Assembly: GCA_964016885.1 (NCBI GenBank)
Contig: OZ024740.1
Coordinates: 261,888,001-261,952,000, forward strand
Length of the DNA: 64,000 bases
Reading direction: 5' to 3'
DNA from: Eledone cirrhosa
Taxonomy: Eukaryota
Below, one piece after another: positions 30,950 to 47,257 of this stretch (positions within the stretch are counted from its first letter, which is position 1; each line of letters begins with the position of its first letter). The notes below the pieces were generated by a model that saw only the letters and a program-made list of their open reading frames with translations, was not told the origin of the DNA and searched no databases. Position numbers and translations under genes: made by a program.

Positions 30950-32648
30950 CACGTCCACACCGCCCTCACTCGCGCCCGTGCTGTCCACCGCTCCACCACC
31001 CTCGTCCCATGCCACCACACACCCACCCACCGTCTCTCCTTCCCCATCACCTACCAGCCCTCCACCCTAACCCTTCACCGCACCATCTTCCGCCTCTTCC
31101 GACGCCTCCAGTCCGACCCCTCCACTTCCCACATTTTCCCATCCCCATCACTCCCCTCCTTCTAACGCGCACGCAATCTCCGCACCCTCCTCGTCCGCAG
31201 CTCCCTACCCCCCAACCAGGTCTCGTTGCAACACCTGCCCCCACATCACCAACACCACCACCTTCCAGGGTCCTAACGGCCACTAGCTCTCTGTCCGGCA
31301 TGCCTTCCGCTGCACCTCCTCCAACCTAGTCTATGGACTTCGCTGCACGGAGTGTAGCGCAACCTACGTCGGACAGACTGGACGTCGCCTGGCGGACCCG
31401 TTTACTGAACACCTCCGGGATATTCGTCTCGGCGGGAGTTCCCTTATCGCCCGCCACTTTTGCTCCCCTGGACATTCCGCGCACCACCTCACAGTCTGTG
31501 GCCTACTCCAATGCCACGGAACACCCGCCACCCGCCTCAGGGTCGAACAACGCACCATCTTCACCCTACAGACCCATACTCCCCCCGGCCATGATCTCCC
31601 CACCCCTATTCCTTTAGCCTTCGACCGCCCTATTCCGACCCCCCCCCCCACACATATGCCCCACTAACACCACTAACACACTCCTCCTTTTCACCGCCCA
31701 CCCCACAACTAACAATACTAACATCCCCCCTCCCCCTATCACGCACACACCCACCGGTACATATATACACGCACTCACACTATCCACAAACCCTACTACC
31801 ACCACTAACCCTCACCCACATATCCACCCCCACCGGCCCACAACTAATACCACTAACATCCCCCGACCCCACACACACGAACACACCCACCCAACCACAC
31901 CCATTTACACCACCCACTCTACACACCCTACCACCACTGACCCCCACTATCACACCCGCATTCAACCCTTTCCCCACCACCAGTATACTAACACCCACTA
32001 ACACCCTCTTCACTACACACACATTCATCCAAACATGCACACACACACCAGTACACTACAATCCCTCCACCGTCCCCCACATCTTTCGCTCCCTCTCCCC
32101 GCTCCACCCAAACCCCTTCACACACACACACACATCCCAATAACACCTCTACTAATACACACTCCAACTCCCGAACAACCCCCTCCCCACTCCACCTTTC
32201 ACACCTACCTATCCTCTCCCCTGTCCACCGCACCTCCGCACACACTGACTTTCTCCACCTGCCATTCTCCTCTACTGCTTCTATGCCTTGACCCTCTGAC
32301 CACTTCTCCGCGCACACAGACACACAGCCCTCTCCGCCTGTCATTCTCCTCTACCCTCCTCCTGCCTTGACCCTCTGACCACTTCCTGTTGCGCGCGCAC
32401 ACCACATCTCCCCTCTTCCGACCAACACAACCGCGGATTACACACCATTGGCCATCGTTCCCCCTATCAACTCCATCACATGGAAAATATCCGGCACTCA
32501 CCACACCTCTACGGAACTACCTTAGGAACTTACGGACATACACTCACAAAAATTTGTTTTCGAACCACATTTCGCAATAGTTATAAACACCACACACACG
32601 TGCGTACCCCCACATATATACACACTCAGCCTCCGGAATCCTCTCCAT
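30950..32648 (+). mobile_element. Neptune-type PLE 3' fragment (linker, GIY-YIG, C-rich 3' UTR)
   Basis: Manual translation: [61 protein letters not shown], with in-frame stops. Confidence 0.82.
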
Positions 32649-32819
32649 TGTCTCCATTTATTAATATTTTGAATAATATTAATAACTCCAGAAAATTTCA
32701 TTGTTGAGTGCTTTGAATCTATTGTAAAACAAACTATATTCATTGAATAATCAATGAACCTTGTTTAACATTTGGTTATATATATGATATATATACATAT
32801 ATAAATATATATATATATG

Positions 32820-32918
<99 letters not shown>

Positions 32919-32997
32919 GGTGGGTGTATAAGAAGACTTAAAAATATATATACTCCGTTTATAAACAATAAATATATGGGTTGCCTCGCTGCAGAAG

Positions 32998-33047
<50 letters not shown>

Positions 33048-33574
33048 CTTCTGCAGGGAGGCAACCCATATGTTTATTGTTTATAAACATATATATATAT
33101 ATATATTTATATATGTATATATATCATATATATAACCAAATTTTAAACAAGGTTCATTTATTATTCAATGAATATAGTTTTACAATAGATTCAAAGCATC
33201 CAACAGCGAAATTTTCTGGAGTTATTAATATTATTCAACATATTAATAAATGGAGACATTCACGTAATCAAAATATATGTTTTATTATATATATTTCGGA
33301 GGTACTGGGCTGTTTTTTCAGGACGTCCTCATCATGTAAAATATATAAATTGATGTATGACATACCCAACTGTGCTGATGGTTCAATTCAAGTCTTGGCA
33401 GTCAAGACTGGAATTTAACCATCAGCACAGTTGAGGTATGTCATACATCAATTTATATATTTTCATCTGATGAGGACGTACTGAAAAAATAGCCCAGTAC
33501 CTCCGAAATATATATAATAAAACATATATTTTGATTCCGTGAATGTCTCCATTTATTAATATTTTGAATAATAT

Positions 33575-33575
<1 letters not shown>
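32649..33575. repeat. Double fold-back of non-coding HHR element family B
   Basis: 32649-33000 is inverted to 33045-33258 around (TA)n; 33226-33395 is inverted to 33400-33572. Confidence 0.88.
33460..33522 (+). ncRNA. Hammerhead ribozyme motif with (AT)-only stem III (family B)
   Basis: ttttcat-CTGATGA-ggacgtactg..cagtacctcc-GAAA-tatatATA-ataaaa. Confidence 0.7.
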
Positions 33576-33619
<44 letters not shown>

Positions 33620-33623
<4 letters not shown>

Positions 33624-34240
33624 CGACAAAATAATTTGGAGATAATTATAAAGAATTAGTATATTTACTAACATATATATACAGATGCATACCTATGCCA
33701 GCAAATATATAGGTTTTGTCTTAGTAACTTTGTGGTTCAATGCATGGGGATGCAGAACAATAATATGAGAGACGTAAAACAAGAAAATTATAAAAATTGT
33801 TAGTAAATATACTAATTCTTTATAATTATCTCCAAATTATTTTGTCGAGCCAAAATTGGCCAAAACTGCCACTATAGTTCATAGTAACAGTCCGGCTGCT
33901 GTCTTCTTAACAAACCACTCTTCACTGATTGACCTCGATGTCACGTGATTGATTCTTTTGAATTTGCCACCGACGCAGTAGGCAGTGATTTTTTCAATGG
34001 CTTGGAACTTAGTCCACGCTTTGCTTTTTCCATCCACTGAATTATTTTTGTATAAGTTCCCTGTGTCCACGTATTGCCTGGAAACTTAGCTGAGAAAAGA
34101 CTTCCCTGATGACGAAAGGCTTCCCCGTACGTTTCTTCGGAAACTACGTTTATTCCTTTTCAGAAACTAATTAGTTGGAGTGAAATTTTAGTAAGTAAGT
34201 TAATTTTTATAATTTTCTTATTTTACGTCTCTCATATATA
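33620..34240. repeat. Family-A-related element with nested inverted end copies and a decayed HHR at 34106-34150
   Basis: 33621-33672 is inverted to 33798-33848; 33763-33797 is inverted to 34201-34237. taactttgtggttcaatg is shared with 13309. Confidence 0.55.
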
Positions 34241-34248
34241 TATATATT

Positions 34249-34296
<48 letters not shown>

Positions 34297-34304
34297 ATTA
34301 TTAT

Positions 34305-35592
34305 TATACTTGGGGAGGGTCATATTTGTGTAATATTGCCAGAATTAATAACAGAATTATTTTGTCCTCTTTGCGCATGCGTTTGCGTGTGTGTATAGTG
34401 TTTTGTTTGATGTGTGTTCGTGATTGGGTGACTGTGTATTGGTTAATGCATTCTATCTTTACTAGTGTGTGTTTATATGTGTTTGTTGTTATTGTGCTTG
34501 TGTATGTATTTATTTATTTATTTATTTATACTTCTCTTAGGTCAGTGTTGTTTGTTTGTGTGTTGTTGTTATTCCATTCATTTTTTCTGTTTAGCCTTGG
34601 CCTTCTAAGTTCCATTTCACTGGCCTCTCTGATTTGCCTATCTGCTGGGTCACTTCTATGTTTAGATATTATTTTAATTTCTATGTTGTCTATGTTACCG
34701 TCGTATTGTTGTCTGGTATCTTCGTATAGTACTGAACCGTTTTTTCGTCCTTTTCGTTCCCCCCAGTTTTGGTCTATCATTTCACCTATGCTACGAGCTG
34801 TCTCGCCTATGTATGTTGTTGCCATGTTTCTGCAAGTACCCTCAGTACATCTTATGCTATAAACTACGTTTCTAGTTTTACAGTTTATCCGGGGGTTTAC
34901 TTTACATATGATACATTTTCTATTAGTACAGTGGGTTTTCTTAAAAGGGTAGGTTTTGCTGATCAGGGATTTTATGGTGGTTCCTGGCCTTTCTACCACC
35001 TTAATCTTTAAGTGGGTCTTTCTCAGGGCCTTTCTACACTGGTTAGCTAATTTCCCTCCAGGGGTAGCGTCCACAAATAAATAAATAAATAAATAGATAA
35101 ATAAATAAATAAATACATACACAAGCACAATAACAACAAACACATACAAACACACACTAGTAAAGATAGAATACATTAACCAATACACAGTCACCCAATC
35201 ACGAACACACATCAAACAAAACACTATACACACACGCAAACGCATGCGCAAAGAATACAAAAAATAAACAAATAAATAAATATATAAACAGACTAAATAA
35301 AGATGACGTAGAAAATACAATGCAACGTGAGGAAACAATAGCACCACTGACGATCTTGCAGATGTGCAACGAAAGAAATTTGTTAGACTATATATATATG
35401 TGTTTGTGTCTATATTGTATCTGTATTTTTGACCGTTGGTCAGTCAGTGGCAACATTGAGGACCGAGTAAATTAAATTAACCGATATAAAAGACACAGAA
35501 GCGAAAAGCGAAAACCAACCAAACAGTGAGTGTGTTCTGTTATTAATTCTGGCAATATTACACAAATATGACCTACCCAAGTATAACAATAT
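34305..35592 (-). mobile_element. Naiad-like PLE, short copy: GIY-YIG plus inverted 3' end
   Basis: FVDATPGG..NVVYSIRCTEGTC..YIGETARS at 34550-35075. 35076-35592 is an inverted copy of the 3' UTR. Same family as 14274. Confidence 0.88.
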
Positions 35593-35617
35593 ATATATAT
35601 ATAATCATAATAATAAT

Positions 35618-36792
35618 GATTTCATTTATTAGTCACAAGGGCTGACATGTAGGGGACAATACAAAGACAGGGACAGTGGGGGTTTACAATAAGGTCGAGT
35701 AAAAGCGCACAATAGCAAGACTAATTTAACAATGAAGATATAAATATATAAAATAAACTATGCATAAATATAACAAAATAAATTACCCGATAGGGGGTGG
35801 ACGACCCTGGGGTGACTCGGATACCCCACCAATCCTGAACCACACTGCGCTTCTAGGGCACCCAGAGAGTGCACCCCTCTCATCAAGTTAGCTAGCCAAT
35901 AGGCGCATGGTCAGAGTAGGCCCATTCACACGAGCCATTCTCGCCACATTCATCCACCTTTTAGCAAATGTACTGGAGGGCAGCACTTCTCTCTCCACCC
36001 TCACCTTCCTTTCCAGGTGATACGTGAAGAAGTTGATGAGGGATTGGCCGAAGAGAAAAGTGTCTGTCCTCAGTGCTTATAATCTGGTCCACCATATAAC
36101 CTCTTTCGCAACTGCCACCAGACAGAGGAAAATGTACTGCTCTTCCAGACCTAAGGAAGGCGGCGGGTTGATCTTCACTATGGATTCGGCTGATAGCCGG
36201 ATTCGTTCCACACGCGACAGTAGCTGTTTGACATAACTCCACAAGTCAGTAATGCACGGACATTGGACAAGTGCGTGCAGAACGGTTTCGTCGTTCTGTG
36301 CGCATTTTGGGCAGGTCCGTCTGACAGCACTTCCGTGCCTGTAGAGTTTATCCCGAACCGGCAGTGCTCCCCGGTAGCATTGCCAAGCGAGGGATTTCTG
36401 GAAATTGTCCATCGTCCCCGACTCGAAAGTCCTCCGGTGCAGACTGGTCAGTTAGACTCGAGAGTGGAAGTTCCAATGATCGCATTGCCCGCTTGGTAGA
36501 GGGCAGTGAGTGCCTGGCAACATTCCAGGTGCCAGTCACCCAGTCTCGGTCTCTTCTTGACCCAGGACTGCAGCTCAGTCAAAGAAATGAGCTGCGGAAA
36601 GGCCTGTCTAATAAACGGCGACCACACCTGTTCACCGTTTAGGCAGAATATCTGGAGATGTCGCAACCTCAACGCATGTCTGCGCATCATTAGCCACGGC
36701 ATGCCCAGCCCTACGCGTAGAGTGTGCTGGCAGCAGATGGACCGCCTCACCAACGGAACTTGTCCCCTACACAAGAATTTGAAGAGGAGCCG
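35618..36792 (-). mobile_element. Tx1-clade LINE 3' fragment (related family), in ATT/TAA repeats
   Basis: GLGMPWLMMRRHALRLRHLQ and MDNFQKSLAWQCYRGALPVR..CPKC, homologous to the 22116 and 27036 ORFs; frameshifted. Confidence 0.9.
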
Positions 36793-36819
36793 TTATAATA
36801 ATAATAATTATAAAAGAAC

Positions 36820-37012
36820 AATTTATTATGTCTTCATTACGTTTATTGAGTAGTGACGTGCGTTTCAATATTGATCAACTCAAGGTTCGATCTGTATCTA
36901 TCTAGCCCTACTCTGGAATCAAAAGCTCGTCGGACCTCTGCTGGGGTAATGACGGAATGTCAGACCGAACCTTGCGTCACTACTCAATAAAGGTATTGAA
37001 GACATAACAAAT
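36820..37012. repeat. Family C element with inverted ends and a minus-strand CCGACGA HHR motif (36852-36936)
   Basis: ttatgtcttca..ttattgagtagtgacg is inverted to cgtcactactcaataaa..tgaagacataa. Homologous to 10725-10855. Confidence 0.75.
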
Positions 37013-37153
37013 AATCCTTATATTATTATTATTACACTCTACTTAGTTCTACACCTCTTTACAGTCTGAAAACTACGTACCGAGTGTTCAATCTGGTGAA
37101 CCTCCAGTAACTGCAAATTATATTCCCTTTCTGCTTACTGTTTACACACATAC

Positions 37154-37248
<95 letters not shown>

Positions 37249-37644
37249 TATATATATATATATAATAACGAAGGAAGTGTGGTAAGGAACCATTTGGACC
37301 ATAACGCACCAGAGTACTCAATACTTTGGGTAGTAGAGTAGGTAATACACCATGGTACTGGTAATGTTACCGTCGGACTTTTTGACTTTTTATATAGTAA
37401 CAGAGTTTTAATAGTCTTTAGTGTGATACTCTTGACAATGCTGCAGATCCATTAATATTTGATAACAATATAGTTTTCATGAGTACGAATTTGTCGAATT
37501 AGTATGAGGTTCTGTTGGTGATTAAATATTATTTTTTCTATTTATTTTTATTTTGTTTGCAGTTCGAATTAAATAACCCTACAGATGATAAATTAGAGTA
37601 GTCCCCCTTTATTTACCAATTTAACGTCATTATTATTTGATGAC

Positions 37645-37835
37645 TCGGTGGATTGGCAGTATCGGTAGAGGGTCGGACGCCATGCTTTCCAGCATAGTTA
37701 CGTCCCTTTATGATCTGAGTTCAAATCCCGCCGAGGTTGACTTTGCCTTTCATCCTTACGGGGTCGATAAAATAAAGTACCAGTAATGCACTGGGTATTT
37801 GCTGGCCTTGTGCCTAAAGTAGAAACAATTATTAT
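37645..37835 (+). mobile_element. tRNA-derived SINE (octopus-type)
   Basis: A-box-like tggcagtatcggtag, B-box gagttcaaatccc, central ctttgcctttcatccttacggggtcgataaaataaagtaccag, and a ttatta tail. Confidence 0.85.
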
Positions 37836-38550
37836 TTGATGACTGAAAACGTCATCAATTGATGTGCATTTTTATGCCCTTAGCGGCGATGAACAAGGTA
37901 ACATGTTATTTAGAGCGAGATTTATAAATTTACGGGGTATGTAAGCTGTCTTATATAATCTTTATATACATGTTTGGGTTTGACCCCACCTAGCAGACAT
38001 GCTGGGGTACCTGGTGGATTTAATGACTTGGGCACTTTGTGTTATTTCCTTTTCTGTTTTGTATAGATTCTTTACCCACGTGCTGTCCGGATTGCACGTG
38101 CTGTCCAGATTGTTGCTGCTTTTACCAAGAATTGTTTTTGACGTGTTCGTGACTGGATTGTGTGTGGAGACTTTGGTTATATAAAATCTGCAGCTAAAAC
38201 TTGAACACATTATGCTATACGATCTGGGATCTTATACATATGGGGTTTTTTATGTATATATCCAGCATGTAATTCTTGTTACTAGATGTGATGTTATGTT
38301 TGAGTGATAGTATAAATCCAACTATTTTTTACTTTTGAACGATCTACATATGTTGTATAATTTAGACTGACTGGTTATCTACTGACAATCCTATTTCTAT
38401 ATAACCCCGAGACAATCGGGACATATGTGGCCGATTGGTCTAGCCTATACGGTTAATATACATGTGTAGTAACTCTTTGCCAGTTCGTTTTACAGTACTG
38501 AAATAATATTGTGGGGCATTTGAATTCAATTTAAATACACACACACACAA

Positions 38551-38666
<116 letters not shown>

Positions 38667-39447
38667 CTTGTGTATAGCTTGCTTTATTTGTGGTGCCTGT
38701 CTATATACTTGTTATACTCAGCTCTATCTTGTAATAACCCCACTTCACTAGCGTATGTGATGCCTGTCTATATGCTTGTGGAACATCCATGGGCTACGTA
38801 GTTCAAGTACCTACCAGTATACCTTGTATATGTATACCATGGCGAGGATTTTAATTACTGTGGTCTTTCTGGATGTACCTTAAGAACATATTAGTGCTTA
38901 TATAACTATAAGTTACGGTGATCCTATTAATTTGTTTTATAGGGACCAGCGCTTAAATTCCTCTGGCTTTTTTATGTGCTTAAAACTCTTTTTTTTTTCT
39001 TTTTTCTTTTTTCTTTTTTCTTTTTTCTTTTTTCTTTTTTTCTTTTTTCTTTTTTCTTTTTTCTTTTTTCTTCTTTCTTTTTTTTTCTTTTTTCTTTTTT
39101 CTTTTTTCTTTTTTCTTTTTTCTTTTTTCTTTTTTCACTTCTTTCCTTTTAAAATAAAAAAAAATCTTTTACCTTTTTATTTACTTTTTATCTCTTTATA
39201 TTATCTTCCTTTTACTTTTTTATTATGTTTTAACCATTGTTTGTAGTTTTTGCTTTTGTGTGCCAACAATTGTATCTGCATCTTGTGAGATCTGCTTGTG
39301 CCCTAGCATTTAGCTGTCGTGCTTAACAACCCCAGCATGTACTCTCTCCTTATTCGCCATCTCCGATCTCCCTATCTTTACCCTCTATTGTATTCCGATT
39401 GTTCGTGTGACTAAGCTTGGTAGAGCTTATACTCAGCACTGTATTTA

Positions 39448-39503
39448 TTAAGCTCTGATGATTCCTACCCAACGGTATGGATGAAACATTGTAAGCAAAT
39501 AAA
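39448..39503 (+). ncRNA. Hammerhead ribozyme motif followed by AATAAA
   Basis: gct-CTGATGA-ttcctacc..ggtatggat-GAAA-cattGTA-agc. Confidence 0.7.
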
Positions 39504-39540
39504 AACTGTTTGAGTATGTAAGCGTTCTTTGGTTTCTTTT

Positions 39541-39575
<35 letters not shown>

Positions 39576-39662
39576 CACAGAGGGTGTGGTAAGATACCAG
39601 GTGGACCATAGCGCACCAGAGTACTTAATACTTAGGGTAGTAGAGTGGATCCTGACTCTTTT

Positions 39663-39720
<58 letters not shown>

Positions 39721-39750
39721 GATATTAAACAAATGGAAACTAACCATATT

Positions 39751-39816
39751 TATTTCATTATACATATTTCAGGGATACCATATTAAAAATATGACATGCC
39801 TTCTTCAGATAAAATA
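39751..39816 (-). ncRNA. Hammerhead ribozyme motif (family B)
   Basis: Minus strand: tattttat-CTGAAGA-agg..cct-GAAA-tatgtATA-atgaaata. Confidence 0.65.
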
Positions 39817-39904
39817 CAATATATAAGCAGTTTTATAAATAAATTTGACGTACCATAAAATATTGAAACTTCCATTTAAAAAAGTTGGTTTATATATATA
39901 TATA

Positions 39905-40426
39905 TTGGGCTGCGCTTTCTAGCAACCAACCCACTCGCCGTAAGCAACCAATCACACCCTTCCTGACTTGACCACTGCCACGTCACAGTTCTCAACCATT
40001 TTGAATTCGTGTTTGGCGGGGGCCACTTCGGAAAATAATCTGTCCTAGCGAGTTTATCCCCTGATGAGCTCTAAACTCGAGATGTCCTTAATAAGATATC
40101 TCAAAATGTGAGCGAAACCCTTGGGTCGGGATATAGTGATTTTATCCTGGTATGTATATAAGCATTTCTAACTTTAATTTTTACCTAATTATGTATGGTT
40201 GAGCGTATAATTAATTTCCACGTGCTGTTGAAATGTTGGGTAAATATTCTATAGCGGTTGGACGCGAAGACGCCGCTGTGGCGTATTTATTTACTGTTTC
40301 TTCATAGGTGCCTTTATTCTTATAGCCTGGTCTAATTGATTTTTTGTGTGGTTAATTATGCTGAGTGGGAGTAGAGATGATGTATATATATTATCAAATA
40401 ATTCTCTGGACATGCTTTACTCTATA

Positions 40427-40430
<4 letters not shown>
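39905..40430 (+). mobile_element. Non-coding HHR element, family A, in (TA)n
   Basis: Reverse-complement homolog of 13370-13870 and 43040-43535. Confidence 0.78.
40055..40133 (+). ncRNA. Canonical type-I hammerhead ribozyme
   Basis: tatccc-CTGATGA-gctc..gagc-GAAA-cccttgGGTC-gggata, with an extra hairpin gagatgtc/gatatctc in loop II. Confidence 0.85.
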
Positions 40431-40474
<44 letters not shown>

Positions 40475-40593
40475 TTGAGCGTGTATATATGTATGAATGT
40501 ATGTATTATGTATGTGTGTTTGTATCTATATACGTAATTTTCTCTCCTTTTCTCTCTATGTATATAAATATATACAGAGCGTCAGTAGGAGAG

Positions 40594-40640
<47 letters not shown>

Positions 40641-41363
40641 GAGAAATAAGTAGAAAGAACGCAAGGGAAAGCAAGGTGGAAAGAAAGGCTGTAGATATAG
40701 TTAGGAATGTCACTTGAGGCATTTATCTTCACCTACCGGTTGGTATGTAAGCTGGCGGACACAACAACCACACCACACAATGTTCTGTGTTGGTGGAATA
40801 AGAGAAGTAAAGCGCCATTGCAGATTAATTATCAAGACCAGTACAGAGAGTTTCTGTTAGAACTGTAGGGCACACACACACATACATATACACATACATA
40901 TACACACATACATACACATACATACACTCACATACAGACATATAGACACATGTACACTCACATACACACCCTCATACTCACACATGTACACACATATACA
41001 TACACACAGAGAGACATACTCACACGCATACACATTCACACGCGCCGAGTAACACACACAGAAGCAGTCACACAGACACACACAGACACAGACACACACA
41101 TATATAGATACAAAAGTTCTTACAACCACACACTCTCCCTTATCTTTATAGTATTTTCTCCTTTTCACTTCTCCTTTCGCCTATCTCCCTTACTTTCTCT
41201 ACTTCCCTCTACCATTCCTACTTCCTTTCAAAATCTCTCTCTATATCCAGCTCTCCCTCTCTAAACAAGAGTCAATATATTTGTCGTTCTAACAATATAT
41301 TTCTTTTCTTTCAGCGGGCCATTGGAGAGCCGCCATGTTGGGACACCAGTACCTCTATGTATG

Positions 41364-41847
41364 TTATTTCTTTATCTTAATTTCGAGTATATTTTTTTGA
41401 CCCGGCCACCTTCCTGGTGGCAAGGTTGAAAACGAAAAGAAATTGTCATCCCTTGAATCGCAAGAATGTTTTGCAAATTTTGAGGTGCCAGCTATCGCAG
41501 CCATTTGTAGACTATGAATTAGGGAGCTGCGCTCTTTGTCCACAAATCCAAGTTCAGTCATACTTTGGTCCAAGCGGGTTGGTATATAACCCGTAGCTCC
41601 AATAATGATGGGTATGAAGCTAAAGGTGTATCTTGGATACTGGATTTGTAAACTCCCTATCAATGGTCCGTAGATGTCCTCCTTCTCCTGTATTTTTCTG
41701 ACAACGTTTACATCAAGTGGGCAGCTGATCTCCACAACAGAACACGTTTTCAATGTGTGGTCTCAAACAACCAATATCAGGCCGGTTGTGCTTTAATTTG
41801 GTGGCAGTTTTTATTTTATGTTCCACCAGTATACCTTAGTGCCAACT
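41364..41847 (-). mobile_element. R4-type RLE element 3' fragment (family CATA-2)
   Basis: HNRPDI..KTCSVVEISCPLD..KEDIYG; tatgtatg on both flanks. Confidence 0.88.
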
Positions 41848-41868
41848 GTATGTATGTATGTATGTATG

Positions 41869-42310
41869 ATTTCTCTTTTCTCTTAATTTCGAGTATATTT
41901 TTTGACCGGCCACCTTCCTGGTGGCAAGGTTGTAAAAGAAAAGAAATTGTCATCCCTTGAATCACAAGAATGTTTTGCAAATTTTGAAGGTGCCAGCTAT
42001 CGCAGCCATTTGTAGACTATGAATTAGGGAGCTGCGCTTTTTGTCCGCAAATCCAAGTTCAGTCATACTTTGGTCCAAGCGGGTTGGTATATAACCCGTA
42101 GCACCAATAATGATGGGTATGAAGCTAAAGGTGTATCTTTGATACTGGATTTGTAAACTCCTCATCAATGGTCCGTAGATGTCCTCCTTCTCCTGTATTT
42201 TTCTGACAACGTTTTACATCAAGTGGGCAGCTGATCTCCACAACAGAACACGTTTTCAATATGTGGTCCCAAACTACAATATCAGGCCGGTTGTGCTTTA
42301 ATTTGGATGG
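41869..42310 (-). mobile_element. R4-type RLE element 3' fragment (family CATA-2), tandem copy with a different 5' truncation
   Basis: Near-identical to 41364..41800; (TATG)n on both flanks. Confidence 0.88.
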
Positions 42311-42418
42311 ATGTATGTATGTATGTATGTATGTATGTATGTATGTATGTATGTATGTATGTATGTATGTATGTATGTATGTATGTATGTATCTATCTAT
42401 CTATCTATCTATAGAAAT

Positions 42419-42475
<57 letters not shown>

Positions 42476-42517
42476 ACTCTCTCTTACCAAATGTATATAT
42501 ATATATATATATATATA

Positions 42518-42594
42518 CAGGGTGTCCCCCCAAAATGTATGTACACTTCAACAGCATTTTAATAAATGTGCATATATTTTTTTAGGACACCCCA
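42518..42594. mobile_element. Tiny Tc1/mariner-type MITE
   Basis: TA-cagggtgtccccccaaaatgtatgtacac ... gtgcatatattttttaggacacccca-TA: imperfect TIRs within (TA)n. Confidence 0.6.
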
Positions 42595-42619
42595 TATATA
42601 TATAAATATATATATATAT

Positions 42620-42898
42620 ATTGTAGGGAGTTGTATTTAATTTGTTGAAATTTCGACAAACATAAATGTGTATAACTGATATAGAGCACTCAACAAGTTA
42701 CCGGAGTAAATATTCCAAAATAATAATAAATGGAAACTATGTTTATAAAACCATATATATTTTATTATATATATCTCAAGGGTGACGAAGCAAATTTTGG
42801 TGCTCTTCCATCAGATAAAATACAAAATTTGTTTTATAAATAATGACATACCCATGGAGATCACACTGTAACGGTCCGAAGATTTACTGGATAGATAT

Positions 42899-42900
<2 letters not shown>
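42620..42900 (-). mobile_element. Family B element with degenerate HHR (CTGATGG/GAGA)
   Basis: Homologous to 52500-52640, 53020-53155 and 33120-33400. Confidence 0.65.
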
Positions 42901-42993
<93 letters not shown>

Positions 42994-43039
42994 TAAACAT
43001 ATATATATATATATAAAACATATATATATATATATAATA

Positions 43040-43535
43040 TAAATTATGTCCATAGAATCATTTGATACGATATATACTCCATTTCCTCTCCCAATTAGCA
43101 TAATCAACCACACAAAAAGCCAATTAAACTAGGCTATAAGATTAAAAGGCACCTATGAAGAAATAATAGATAAATAAATGACAGCCATCTATTCGCGATC
43201 AACAGCTATAGAATATTTACCCAGCATTTCAATAGCACGTGGAAATCGATTAAATATATCGTCAACCATACACAATTAGGTATAAAATTAAAGTTAGGAA
43301 AAAAATGCATATACAAATACCAGGATTACGTTTCTACTCTTTAGGGTTTCGTTCGCTTTCGGAAATATCCTATCAAGGATACATTCTCGAGCTTCGAACT
43401 CATCAGGAAACAAACTCACTAGGACGAAGATTTTTTCTTAAATGATCCCCGCCAGAAACGAATTCAATATGGCTAAGAACTGTGACGTGGCCGTGGTCAA
43501 GTCAGAAAGAATGTGATTGGTGCCTTACGGCGAGC
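43040..43535 (-). mobile_element. Non-coding HHR element, family A; HHR at 43330-43411
   Basis: Minus strand: gtttc-CTGATGA-gttcg..cgaac-GAAA-ccctaaagaGTA-gaaac. (TA)n flanks. Confidence 0.78.
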
Positions 43536-46820
<3,285 letters not shown>

Positions 46821-47170
46821 AATACATATGTACATACAATCTTTTAACTTTTCTCCAGAACGCGGATGAGCTGATATTGTAGGGCTTCTCTCCCATGCTT
46901 GGTGATTTTGAATATGAACTCTCCTCAAGGGGGTTTTCGTCATTAAATTGAGAGGATAATCCTCGCCGATTGTAAACTTTCTACTCACTCTATTTAGCAT
47001 TTGAATTCAATTTAAATACACACACAAACGCACACACAAACACAAACACAAACACACACACATTAAATTCACATGCTAAATAGAATAAGTGGAAAGTTTA
47101 CATTCGGCTACGATTATCCTCTCAATAATTATTATATGTATGTATATCTCTCTCTATATATATATATTCC

Positions 47171-47206
47171 GAGCTGAGGATCCGCTAAGGTGAAACAATT
47201 GTTCTC
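47171..47206 (+). ncRNA. Minimal hammerhead motif with palindromic stem III acaattgt
   Basis: gag-CTGAGGA-tccgctaaggt-GAAA-caattGTT-ctc. Confidence 0.6.
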
Positions 47207-47257
47207 AGTATGGTGAACTAACTGTTGTGTAAGTACTTCTACATATATATATATATA

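Noticed and set aside
37645-37835. tRNA gene
   Set aside because: The A/B boxes belong to a SINE head and there is no cloverleaf.
41300-41355. Possible host exon after the ttttctttcag acceptor
   Set aside because: Short, no clear donor or homology, and it resembles a SINE remnant.
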